A stretch of DNA of 59,055 nucleotides, filler included, from Basidiobolus ranarum (lineage: Eukaryota): NCBI GenBank assembly GCA_040143965.1. It is 3 parts of 3 records of this genome, joined end to end, with 100 filler letters (N's around TTAATTAATTAA, not from the genome) between each part and the next. Parts side by side here need not be neighbours in the genome. Positions count along the whole stretch, not along the records: positions 1 to 19,674 come from JASJQH010007120.1; positions 19,775 to 39,390 come from JASJQH010007121.1; 1 more part is not named here. The stretch is one strand, 5' to 3'. The notes below the pieces were generated by a model. It ran no database searches, was not told the origin of the DNA, and worked only from the letters and a program-made list of their open reading frames with translations. Below, one piece after another: positions 13,833-26,483 of this stretch. Each line of letters opens with the position of its first letter. The first letter of the stretch is position 1. The translations under genes and the position numbers were made by a program.

Positions 13833-16603
13833 ATGTTAAAGGAACACGCTACTCATGAATCAACTAGGCCTAGCCAAAGTAGCTATAAAGAAAATTCTAA
13901 TACTTTGAAAACGAGTATTGGGAGTGAGGAGCCTCTTCTAAATGTGGAATATCAACAAGAAGAAACAAAATTTACGCACGTTCAGCGCCCTAATAATATA
14001 TCAGTTGATCTTATTCGTGATGGCTCGTTTGTTCCGAGCGAGCACTTCTTTCACACTCCACCATGTCACCCACATGGTAATATTTTTGATAGTCCTATAG
14101 AAGAAGTCTCTCAACAGGTAAAGTCTTCTAGATTTCCAAATGTTCTTTTGTTCTACTCGTTTTTCTAACTTTTGTTCTTCTCTCTTTAGTCATATTTTGA
14201 CTTTCCTCGACTACCAAAGGATTCTCCTCAATTTCCACCACCCAAAACAGTATTTCTCGATCACAGACATCGGGCTAATACCATGCCGTCAACTTTCAAG
14301 TTGGATTACTCGGAAGAGTATTCCAGTCTATCCCACAGACATAATATTGATCCACAAGGTAATGAGGCACTCACCCATCTACGAACCAACAACCGTGGAC
14401 AGTCGCTTTACAAGCGTTTTCCCAGTGAAGACGCCAATATTTGGCAGAGCTTCGATGAGCTTAGAATTGAAGATATGAATAATCAAAGATCATCAGAGTT
14501 AGTATTCTACTTGAGCCAAGCATATAGCTACATCCATATTGATCATCCTATCTAGGAAACCTTTATTTTTGGATGAGTCCAACATACAATACAACAAGGC
14601 ATCTAGAGATACACACTCTAATCACGATTATTTGAGTGAACACTTATCATCAGTCTTTGACAGTGATTTTATTCCGCAAGGTATGCAATGTCATCTTGAT
14701 AGCGTGCTACACGTGATTATCTAATAGCACATTTAGGTACACCTTATACCCGTCAGAATTTTCTTAACCACAAAGAGATTGACACGTTTCCCCCGGTGGT
14801 AAGTATTAATTAGCATATGGACTTGTCTATATCAATTAGTCATACAGCTTTAATAACAAACATCCGAATTCAATTCAGCTCTCCGCCACTTCTCCCAGGT
14901 TAGATACTCCTTCATTCACTGCTCTTAAGCAACCATTAACTGGAACTGAAAGGAATCATCCAAATCAGTGGACACCTTTCGTTGCTACCTCAAGAGCTAA
15001 AAATGGATCTACCGAAGGCAATACAAATTCCTATAATAATTTAGTATCTACACCAGGCTCGGCTGGCGGTCAAAAATTTTTTACCACCGAAATCTCCCCT
15101 GACTTGTTCAGTCCTCACGTTGCTTATGACTCACACGATGGAGGATACACTATGAACCCCAACAGGATACCTGTATTAAGCGAACATCATGGTCATCACC
15201 CATTCTATCAGCAAGGGATAGAGATGTGCAACCAGGCGGACTCTCCGCATGAGGGAAAACTAAAGCATTTGAAACCGAAGCAAGTTCATAATGGTGGTTA
15301 TCACGAGGGTCACTTTAAGTCCAGTAATTCAGGCAATTCAGGCAATCTTAGATCAAGCAACCACCATCATGGCCATCACCACTCAAAAGCAAATCACGGA
15401 ACTACGAAGAATGCTGGGTCCAAAACCTCTACCAACAAAATCAACCCCAAAAAAGCAGTCAGCGAGGTCGAGTCAATGAATCGGTTTCTAGGCGTTAGTC
15501 TTGAAAGCCTTGTTGGCGAAATTTATGCTCTATGTAGAGACCAACACGGATGTCGCTATCTACAGAAAAAATTGGAAGAACAGAATCCAGCTTATATAGA
15601 TATAATTTTCGAAGAAGTAAGCGAATATTTTGTGGATTTGATGACTGATCCATTTGGCAATTATCTCTGCCAAAAGTTGCTGGAGTATTCAAACGACGAG
15701 CAAAGAACAGTCCTGGTAGGGAAGGTGGCGCCTGAGTTGGTCAGAATCTCATTGAACATGCATGGCACGAGAGCTGCCCAAAAGCTGGTTGAGTATCTGT
15801 CGAATGCCAAACAAATCCAACTAGCCACTATCGCCCTGACCCCAAGCGTGGTTCCTCTCATTAAAGATTTGAATGGGAATCATGTGATCCAAAAGTGCTT
15901 GAGCTATTTGGCAGCAAAGGACAACCAATTCATATATGATGCTGTCACTCGTCAATGTGTTGAGGTCGCTACACACCGTCATGGCTGCTGCGTATTTCAG
16001 CGTTGTATCGACCATGCGTCTCCCGCACAAAAGGCTCAGCTCGTCGACGAGATTACTGTCCAGGGTCTGAGACTTGTGCAAGATCCATTTGGAAACTATG
16101 TCGTCCAGTATATATTGGATCTAGGGGAGGATCATTTTTCGAATTCCTTGATTCGAACCTTCTGGGGTAGTGTATGTGTGCTTTCTATTCAGAAATTCAG
16201 TTCCAACGTGATAGAAAAGTGCATCCGTGTGGCTGACAATGAAACTCGTCGAGGCCTAATCAAGGAATTATTGAACCCTGAGCAGTTGGAGAAACTACTA
16301 CGAGATTCATTCGCCAACTACGTGGTTCAAACTGCTCTGGATTATGCTGATCCTGTGCAACGCTCTCTTTTGGCGGAATGTATCAAACCAATGATTCCAT
16401 TCATTAAAAACACTCCCTATGGTAAGCGCATCCAAGGAAAGCTTTCGAAAGAGCAAGCACAACACCCTGTAATGTTTCTCAATACTGCTCCCCAGCCTTC
16501 TGTACCGATGGGAAACCTTCAGTACAAAGATATTCGCCCCGAGTACAAACACGCTACCATGAGCACCATGCGAGTCAACAACATCCGCTTTCCATTTTAT
16601 TGA
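13833..16603 (+). CDS. Pumilio/PUF RNA-binding protein, Puf4/Puf5-type (exons 13833-14117, 14190-14497, 14556-14680, 14737-14798, 14879-16603)
   Basis: Eight Puf repeats (DQHGCRYLQ, DPFGNYLCQ, NMHGTRAAQ, DLNGNHVIQ, HRHGCCVFQ, DPFGNYVVQ, QKFSSNVIE, DSFANYVVQ). The upstream exons splice in frame through GT-AG introns. Confidence 0.9.
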
Positions 16604-17810
16604 ATTTCCCGCAGACGCTCTTGTGCAAGTTATTATCAATCGAATTGATACTTGTGTATTCTTAACTGGTCCATTTTCTCCCGATTTGTATTTTGATGTG
16701 TTTTTAGTTATATTTTATTGCAGTTTTACACCCTGCTCGTATCGTATTTTTTTGCGTGCCGCATTAGGTTGCTCACGATTACGTTTCCGTTGAAATCCTT
16801 CAAGTGATTCTCTCTGAAACCATTAAGCAAAGTAAGCATGCGCCGTAGTGGCGTTAGTCGAATCCCAACGAAGCTGCATCATTGCTTTATTTTTCCCCTT
16901 CCTAAAGGTTGTGGGATTTTGATTCTTACATTTTGATGTTTTGTCTTCATGAAAAGTTGTACTTTATACAAGATTCGTATCTCAATCTGGCCTATATTCT
17001 TGGCTATCGTCCCTACATTTCCCTATGTAAAACAGTCCACTTCTCAGTTACTTTACATTGCCTTATAAAGTTGTACTATTATGTCAGATTTCTGTACTCC
17101 TTTCTGCTATCATGGACCAAAGCCTCGTTCTTCTAAAACAGCAACTGTTGCATCATTTGATAAAATCGACCTGGTATCATGTGACTCAAGAATATTATCC
17201 TATTCCATTAAGAGATGTTCGCTAATCAACAAAATGAAGCAAAAACCTTGGTATTCGAAGCCCCTTAATACACGTGTCACCAAGTTGACCAGCCTAAAGC
17301 TTATCCTAATTTTTGCAAACAACTGGCTTTTACTCACCAGCCTTTAGGTGATACAATTATTGCCTTGTAGAGAACTCAATATGTAGAATGTGACATGGGT
17401 GCTTAGCATTAATCTAATTTTAGATTTCCTCCTCCAATTAGTTGTCCATGCAGGTTACTCCAGTTGAAAGCAAAGCTGGATATTTGGAGTCGAGGGTGAA
17501 ACAACGCTAATGGTGTCACCATGGCCACCATATTCTTAATTTAACCTCCCTTTCCTGCATTTATTCCTTTCCGCTTATTTTGGTCCAGAGTTTAATCGGT
17601 TTACCGGAGTTGAATTTTAATACACATTATACTTGAAGATGGATTAAATTAACATCATCCACATTAACTCTTTCTGGTTATTCTAGTTCCAGTTATTAAA
17701 AAAAAGCGTGGCTCTTTTACACATATAAGACCAAAGAGGAGTCTTCCCTCCTTTTCCAAACAGTGCGCTATTGACGACATCTCTTTATTTCTTTCAAGCC
17801 TAAGAAAACA

Positions 17811-19482
<1,672 letters not shown>

Positions 19483-19556
19483 AAGCATGAATCCCCCTTA
19501 TAGTCAACCCTTCCCTCTGGAATGTACTAATATAGTTTTACTGTGTTTTAATCTAA

Positions 19557-19674
<118 letters not shown>

Positions 19675-19774
19675 NNNNNNNNNNNNNNNNNNNNNNNNNN
19701 NNNNNNNNNNNNNNNNNNTTAATTAATTAANNNNNNNNNNNNNNNNNNNNNNNNNNNNNNNNNNNNNNNNNNNN
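19675..19774. other. Artificial contig-join spacer (N44-TTAATTAATTAA-N44)
   Basis: 100-nt N run with a six-frame stop linker at 19719-19730. Confidence 0.97.
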
Positions 19775-22038
19775 AAAGGCGTCTGATAATTCATTCGCTG
19801 GTGAATGATTGAATTTAGATTATAAAAGGAAGCTTTGGAAAGCAATGTCATCTAGTTGGTTACGATTCAAACTTTATAAATTAACGCCGTATGCTTAAAT
19901 GCTATTAAGATAGCATAATTTATGGGACAACTTGAATTCAATGGCAGTCACATCATCGGCTATTTGGGAGATCTACTTGTAGATGGGATGTACTTTATGC
20001 TTTGATACTTGCCGTGCTACTAAAGAACTCCGTCACTGTAGACAAGGATTCATCCTATGATAAGATGATGGTAAAAGCACCGCCAACTGAGCTAGTTGAT
20101 CTGAAATATCATCTCTGAAGCCTCTTGTCTGTTTCTTAGGGTATTACTATTGTTTTACCGAAAGCACGCGTCTCGGTTGAATTATGCTCATCAGGTATCC
20201 AAATGACACAAATCCAGCTTCATCTGGCAGCCAGATATCATGAGTACTGATTGATTCAAACCAGGTAAATTCCTGGCCTTTAGCTGTCGCATTCTGGCCA
20301 CAGCCTGAATGATAGTCTCGGAGATGAGAGCTAATTTCCTATTTTACCGACCCAATTAAATGAGGTCATGTGCTGATTCTTGTGAATACTGGATTTACCT
20401 GATTTCAATGAAAAAGTGGAATAACCCAAAGTGAAAAAGCCCTTGGTTCCGGGAGTTAGGATATAGCCAGATATAGCCATAAGAGCATACAACGAAGCGT
20501 CGAATCAAATCAGTCACTGGATCTCCATATACATTTATCCTGAACTGTCAGTCACAATAGAATAGCTGCGTTCGTTAGCCACCCAAGTTGCCGAGACAGT
20601 GCACCTGTTAGGCCACCTAGCTGTAATAAAAGCAGAGCTTCCGATCGAATTTGCTGAATGATTAAGACATCGCGCGGTCACCAGGTCTCATTGTATAGAT
20701 CAGAAACGAGGTGGGAGAAGAACGGACATTCAGCCGCCTTCCTGTCACAGGCCCAAAGTGCCGAGACATTGTATCATATGTCAGCAATGCCCATTGTTTG
20801 TAATGATCATAAGGGTGATTGTCTCATCGCACACTCACAGTAAACTTTAATATACACATTGGGTGATGCTGAGAGTCTAGACCTCAAGGGGATCCTACCA
20901 CCCTCCGATTATGGATTTACTCGAGATCTGCATGCAGTCTTCAAAATCTAACGCGACCCTCAAATTAAAGGAACCCATCCCTTGCTTGGTCGACAGGGTA
21001 TGAGATGGTTAAACTTGGAACAAGATTTGTCTAGGTGATACAACAAATTCCGAATCTTGATGGTTTGGGTGGAAAGGTCTAGCCTTGGCAGTCCCAATAA
21101 GAGCATTCAGAGTATTGGATCTGCGCACTCCAACCTAGGTAATATTGTGCGATGATCAATGGAGCTCTTGACTATATTTACGCAATAGCATGCACAGCCC
21201 AAGTAACCCTCTATCATTAGCAGAACAGCTATCAACAGCTAATCCTAGCTACCGCTTTGAGTGGCAACAAGCGGGCTCTAAAGTCATGGTTTGTTCTTGG
21301 CTAGGACCGTACTTGTACCTACAATCCAGGCAACCTGTGACTCCCTAAACAGTTTGACTCGTATTAATTAGGGAGGTGAGGGAATTGGGTTGGAGATTGA
21401 ATCTACAAGCCCTCGGCAATTCGCCTAGATTAAATGGATATCCTGGACATACATTTGAGGCAAGTACTCAATATTGATAACAGCCAAAGAAACCTGCTCC
21501 AATTAATTTAAAATATTAATATTTGTATCTTGTTCTATCTATTTTTAGTTGCATTTGTATGAAAAATCCATGAAGATCGTTGCTTCATTGGACCAGCCAT
21601 GCCTTTTACAAATCGTAGCCGCCCGAAACAGCCCACCAATCTGAACGTTAATCCCAAATACCTTGCTAAATATACAACAAAGAAAAGCTCGTCAGAAGCA
21701 CCTAATGGAAGTAATGTGGGATCTGAGCTCGACCATAAGGTTGGCAGATATAGTTATCAAAGAAATGAAGCTGCTCTTACGCATATTTCAAGGATGAGGT
21801 AATTTTCAGAATGATTTAGTATGATCCAACGTGCCTCACCAATTGCCGTTGAGAATTGAAATAATGCAAGGGGGAAAGTATGTGATAGTGATAACTTCAG
21901 AAGCATTGGACCAAGAGATATTCACATGTTATCATGTTGTATAAAAGCATGCCGCTCGATCACTGTCAATCGGCCGTTCCTTTCATTCTAATTCTACAAC
22001 TATCTGAGCATACTCATTAATTTTCACTACACCGCAAT

Positions 22039-24024
22039 ATGCCTTACAGTTTGTTTTCCAGGATAATGGGCTTTCGCCCCCTTGGATATTCATTTCCTAA
22101 CTCAGAGCCATCACTCAATACTAACAATATCACTGTAATGGATCAAAATCAAAAGGTAATGCCTAGACTGCCCGTGCCAGATTTGGAAGCCACACTCGAG
22201 CGCTACCTTCGGTCAGTTAGACCATTGTTAGCCGACAATGAGTATGAGCATACTGAAAAGATGGTCAGGGAGTTTGGTAAACCAGGAGGTCAAGGTGAGA
22301 TCTTGCAAAAACGATTACTAGCTCGAGCTGCGGCCTCGACCACTAGCTGGCTACATGAATGGTGGAATGAGTATGCCTACTTCGCCTATCGTGACTCGCT
22401 GACCTTCTATGTCAACTATTTCTTTGGCTTTCGTGAGGATCCAAGACATCCAAGTCAGCTACAACGAGCAGCAGGCTTGGTAAAAGCCATCATGGAGTTC
22501 CGTCAAGATGTGGTCACTCGTCAGCTGGAACCAGACTGTGCCAGGGATGTTCCATTCTGTACCAGCCAGTACAACTATATGTTCAACGCATGTCGGTTCC
22601 CTACTGCTCCGGAAGATCATGCCGAGTCGTATGATTATGAGACCAACAATCACTTGGCTGTAGTACGCAAGGGTCAATTCTTCATTGTTGATACTGTTCG
22701 TCCGGATGGCACACAACTCACCGCCAATGATATAATGAGTCAGCTGGCTAGCATCATCGCACTAACCGACGAATCCGAAGAATCCTCATTCGGCATCTTG
22801 ACTACCACCAACCGCGATCTCTGGACAGAGAATCGAAAGATGATCGTCGAGGCTCATCCGTCAAACAAGGAGACACTGCATAGGTTGGAGACGGCGATGT
22901 TCTTGGTTTCCTTGGAGGATTACGCGCCAAGCACTGAAGAGGAATTCTCCCGTGCATGCTGGCATGGTACCGGAAAGAACAGATACTATGACAAAAATTT
23001 CCAGATCTTAGTGTTCAGCAATGGTATGGCCGGCTTCAATGGCGAGCATTCCCGCATGGATGGCACGGTCACTGCACGCATGTGTCATTTTGCTATCGAA
23101 CAGGCGAGCAAAAGGCCACTTCCCAAGTCATCTGGGGTTATCTTCAAAGCGCCGGAAAAGCTAGTACTTTACTTCCCCATGAAGTTCACCACCAGAATCA
23201 TAGAGGCCATCGCTGAGGCAGAGAGGATGTTCCAAGCAGAGGTGAATGCTCATGAAGTAGGTGTCTTGGAGTACAACCTGTATGGGAAAGGGCTGATCAA
23301 AAAGTTCCGAATGAGTCCTGATGCCTATGTACAGATGGCCATTCAGTTGGCCTACTACAAGATGTTTGGTGTCTGTAAAGCCACTTATGAATCAGCAGCC
23401 ACACGCAAATATGCATACGGTCGTACAGAGACCTGCCGCACAGTGTCCACCGACTCAGTTGCGTGGGTAACAGCGATGTGTGACAGCACAAAGTCAACAA
23501 CGGAGAAGACAGAGCTCCTTCAGAAAGCGATCAAATCTCACTCGGAGTTCACTGTGGCAGCGTCTGAAGGACGCGGAGTGGATCGACATCTGCTAGGACT
23601 GAGGTTCTTGGTGGAAGAAGATGAAACAAAACCTGGAATCTTCTTGGATCCAAGCTACGAGCGTACCTCGCACTGGCATTTATCAACATCTCAAATCTCT
23701 GATGACCTATTTGACCAATATGGTTGGGGTGAAGTAGTTCCAGATGGCTTTGGGCTAGCATATATGATCCGTGAGGGATCTTTGCACTTCAATTGTTCTG
23801 GTCTCGTAAATATGCAACCAAAAAAGTTGTTGTTATTGATTGAAGAGTCACTATTAGATATGCAAGAATTATGTACCAAGAATTCAAAGGCACAATCCAT
23901 CACAAATAGTTCATGTGTTATACAAAGCATTCAAGAACTCTCTCAATCCACGCAGTTCCCCAGTGAGTCAACTATCGCTTCTCATATCTCAATCAAGGGG
24001 AAACTAGAGAGTGTACAATCCTGA
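22039..24024 (+). CDS. Carnitine O-acetyltransferase (choline/carnitine acyltransferase family), intronless
   Basis: PRLPVPDLEATLERYL, NRYYDK, catalytic GFNGEHSRMDG, SPDAYVQMAIQLAYY, YESAATRKYAYGRTET, GVDRHLLGL, LSTSQ, GWGEVVPDGFG. Confidence 0.94.
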   Translation: MPYSLFSRIMGFRPLGYSFPNSEPSLNTNNITVMDQNQKVMPRLPVPDLEATLERYLRSVRPLLADNEYEHTEKMVREFGKPGGQGEILQKRLLARAAASTTSWLHEWWNEYAYFAYRDSLTFYVNYFFGFREDPRHPSQLQRAAGLVKAIMEFRQDVVTRQLEPDCARDVPFCTSQYNYMFNACRFPTAPEDHAESYDYETNNHLAVVRKGQFFIVDTVRPDGTQLTANDIMSQLASIIALTDESEESSFGILTTTNRDLWTENRKMIVEAHPSNKETLHRLETAMFLVSLEDYAPSTEEEFSRACWHGTGKNRYYDKNFQILVFSNGMAGFNGEHSRMDGTVTARMCHFAIEQASKRPLPKSSGVIFKAPEKLVLYFPMKFTTRIIEAIAEAERMFQAEVNAHEVGVLEYNLYGKGLIKKFRMSPDAYVQMAIQLAYYKMFGVCKATYESAATRKYAYGRTETCRTVSTDSVAWVTAMCDSTKSTTEKTELLQKAIKSHSEFTVAASEGRGVDRHLLGLRFLVEEDETKPGIFLDPSYERTSHWHLSTSQISDDLFDQYGWGEVVPDGFGLAYMIREGSLHFNCSGLVNMQPKKLLLLIEESLLDMQELCTKNSKAQSITNSSCVIQSIQELSQSTQFPSESTIASHISIKGKLESVQS

Positions 24025-24754
24025 TCTCAAAAAGGTACACACCTCCAAGTCGACATACTTCCATTAATGACATGTTATTTCAACTAACTCCGTACTGCTT
24101 CTATATCCAAATAAATTTGAATCGGCCTGGCCTAATTTGCACAATCCTTACTTTTCGTTTTTCGAACAAGCATTTTATATTCTCCTGCCATTATCTTTAT
24201 TATACCCACCATTTGTACAAAGCATAAGTCTATATGAATTGAACGTTGTGAAAGTCCGTTGATTTTATAACACGCTCATTTTTCTCAATCAATCTCAAGG
24301 TGTTGTGAATGGATTTGAGTGCTGATAATTATAAAATCTCATATGTAACGAACGTTCTTTTTTGAAAGTATAAAGAGGTGTCTATTTAGTTGATGAAAAT
24401 CGACTACAATTTTTTGGATTTTATTGTTCATCTACTTCCTATTCACTTGGAGATCCTCCTTGGAAAAGAGGAATGGAATGGAATTGGATTAGTTAATGAG
24501 GAAAATAGTGGAGAAATCATTTCACATATTAAAAGGTTGAACAGTCACATACACGAAGTAAACAGTAACCAGACTGAGCAAAGAGAAAATATATGGATAT
24601 CAAACGCAAGATTAAGAAAGCAACCAAAAAGAAATTCTTCAAAGAAATGGACGATATTCGTTGATATTCAAAACGAACCAGTCGATAAAGTGTAAAAAAT
24701 GATATTGTTGTGGAGATACTGATATTTCAATTCAAAATTAAATGGATTTTGGGC

Positions 24755-26483
24755 TTATAAATACGAGGTCCCGGTGACACATGTTCTGGGGAAGTACCCT
24801 TTAGTGTCCGGATCGCGGGATTTGTTGTACCCACCCAACCACTCTTCGCCTACTTCCTCGGTAATGACTATCTCATCTCCAGATTGGACCAACATTTCAT
24901 TTGTGCGCTGTGGCATATACGGTAAAAGTGCAGTCATCACAAAAAGTGGCTCTTCAAGAACCACATTAGACTCATTGATATTGACTGAAGGACTAGTCGA
25001 AAGTCGATAATTAGAAGAGTCCTTGTGATGATGATCATCATCAAAATCAGTAAAGCCAACGATGAAAGTTTCTAAGTTTGAAAATACATTAGTATTAACT
25101 CCTTGAACCTCAACATTCAAGTAATTCAAATATTTGAAAAATTACCTTCCAAAGCGGACTCGCGAATTCCAACTGAACTTTGGGTGCTTGTCCTGCAAGG
25201 TTGTGCAAAAGGTGGAACTGACAGGCCATTATAAGTACTAGCTTTTTTTGCCACTGGTGGCACCGATGGTGAAACCAAACTTTGAGTGGAAATAAAAGAT
25301 TGGCGAGAAATGAGAGGAGGAACGGTCGGTGGAACTGAGTGGTTTTTAATTGGCATTGGTGTATTCATGCCGGGTGAGTGGGAAGCAATCTCTGCTACTT
25401 CATTCAAATCAAAAAACCCTAGCGTACCATAAAGAGGTTAAAAAAGTGTTGTGGATTATATAAAGTGTGACTAATGCTTTTACCTTTGGTATCTCTGTTA
25501 TATTCAGGCTTGAACCACTGAGATTTACGGCGATTCCTAACTGCACGATAACCAACAAATCCACCTATACCGATTACAAGTGCAAGCGCACCAACAGAGC
25601 CACCAATGATAACTGGCATATTACGGGCACTGGAAGTACCAGTAGTCTGTTCATTAGAACTGGTGTCAAGGTTTTCGTTGGTTGATGCATTAGTAGCATC
25701 TACAATTTCCGGAACTGCGGAAGAGGTTTCTGTAGAAACCACATCAGAGGTAGGCAATTCAGTAGGCTGATCAACAGGTGAAGCAACTTCAGTAGGCTGG
25801 GTACTGGAGACATCATCGCTTGGAGCAGTAATTGTAGGAGTGAATATGACTTCATTACCATTATCGTCCCAAAGAGTAACAATAGGAGTGGGAGTAACGG
25901 TAAGGGGATTTCCATATTCATCCGATGTGGTAAAAGGAGTAGGAGTACTCATCCAAGGACTACCCTGACCATCCCATGAGGTTGAAGGGAATACAAAGGC
26001 ATTTCCATCTGCGTCCCAAAGGGTAGATACAGTTGGAGTTGGAGTATCTGCAACAAAATTACCGTCTTGATAGGAAGCCGTAGGGGTCGAGGTATCCCCA
26101 ACAGGATTACTGTCTTCATCGGATGTAGTTGGAGTGGGTTGAGATATATCTGTAGTGGTTGGCTCAACATTGCCTTCTTCACCTCCATTAGGTGATTGAT
26201 CACTATCTCCAGGTACTGAACCATCATGAATTTCTGTTTCCCCATCCTCTTCGCCATTTACATCGTCTCTGCGCACCAGGTTTGTGGTACAAAGACCATG
26301 ATTACACCTGGAAGAGGGTAGAATCAAAAATAAAAGAATACTGGTGAGTATTCGCCAAGTCTAAACATTACATATTACTACTTACTCTCTGCTTTGAATC
26401 ACTACTCCAGAGACGCCAGCAGTAGCCAATACAAGGCAAAGGGAAACACAGATAGAGCCTATAATCAAGAAACTCGATTTCAT
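24755..26483 (-). CDS. Type I membrane protein: signal peptide, S/T/D-rich ectodomain, single TM, cytoplasmic C-terminal SH3 (Fus1-like topology; 4 exons)
   Basis: MKSSFLIIGSICVSLCLVLATAG signal; LVRR dibasic site; TM IIGGSVGALALVIGIGGFVGY followed by RNRRK; SH3 ALLPY..EMLVQSGDEIVI..EEWLGG..GYFPRTCV. Introns 25483-25419 and 25145-25072 join the ORF-track pieces in frame. Confidence 0.82.

Noticed and set aside
19719-19730. TTAATTAATTAA as a biological palindrome or repeat (also 39435-39446)
   Set aside because: It is centred in identical N runs and is a standard artificial six-frame stop linker.
20150-20200. Hammerhead ribozyme core (CUGAUGAG on the minus strand)
   Set aside because: No GAAA after a stem II. 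Other CUGAUGA hits also lack the fold.
24022-24090. Stop-codon readthrough to a cryptic PTS1 in carnitine acetyltransferase
   Set aside because: The context is TGA-TCT, not TGA-CTA, and the extension would end CYFN, which is not SKL-like.
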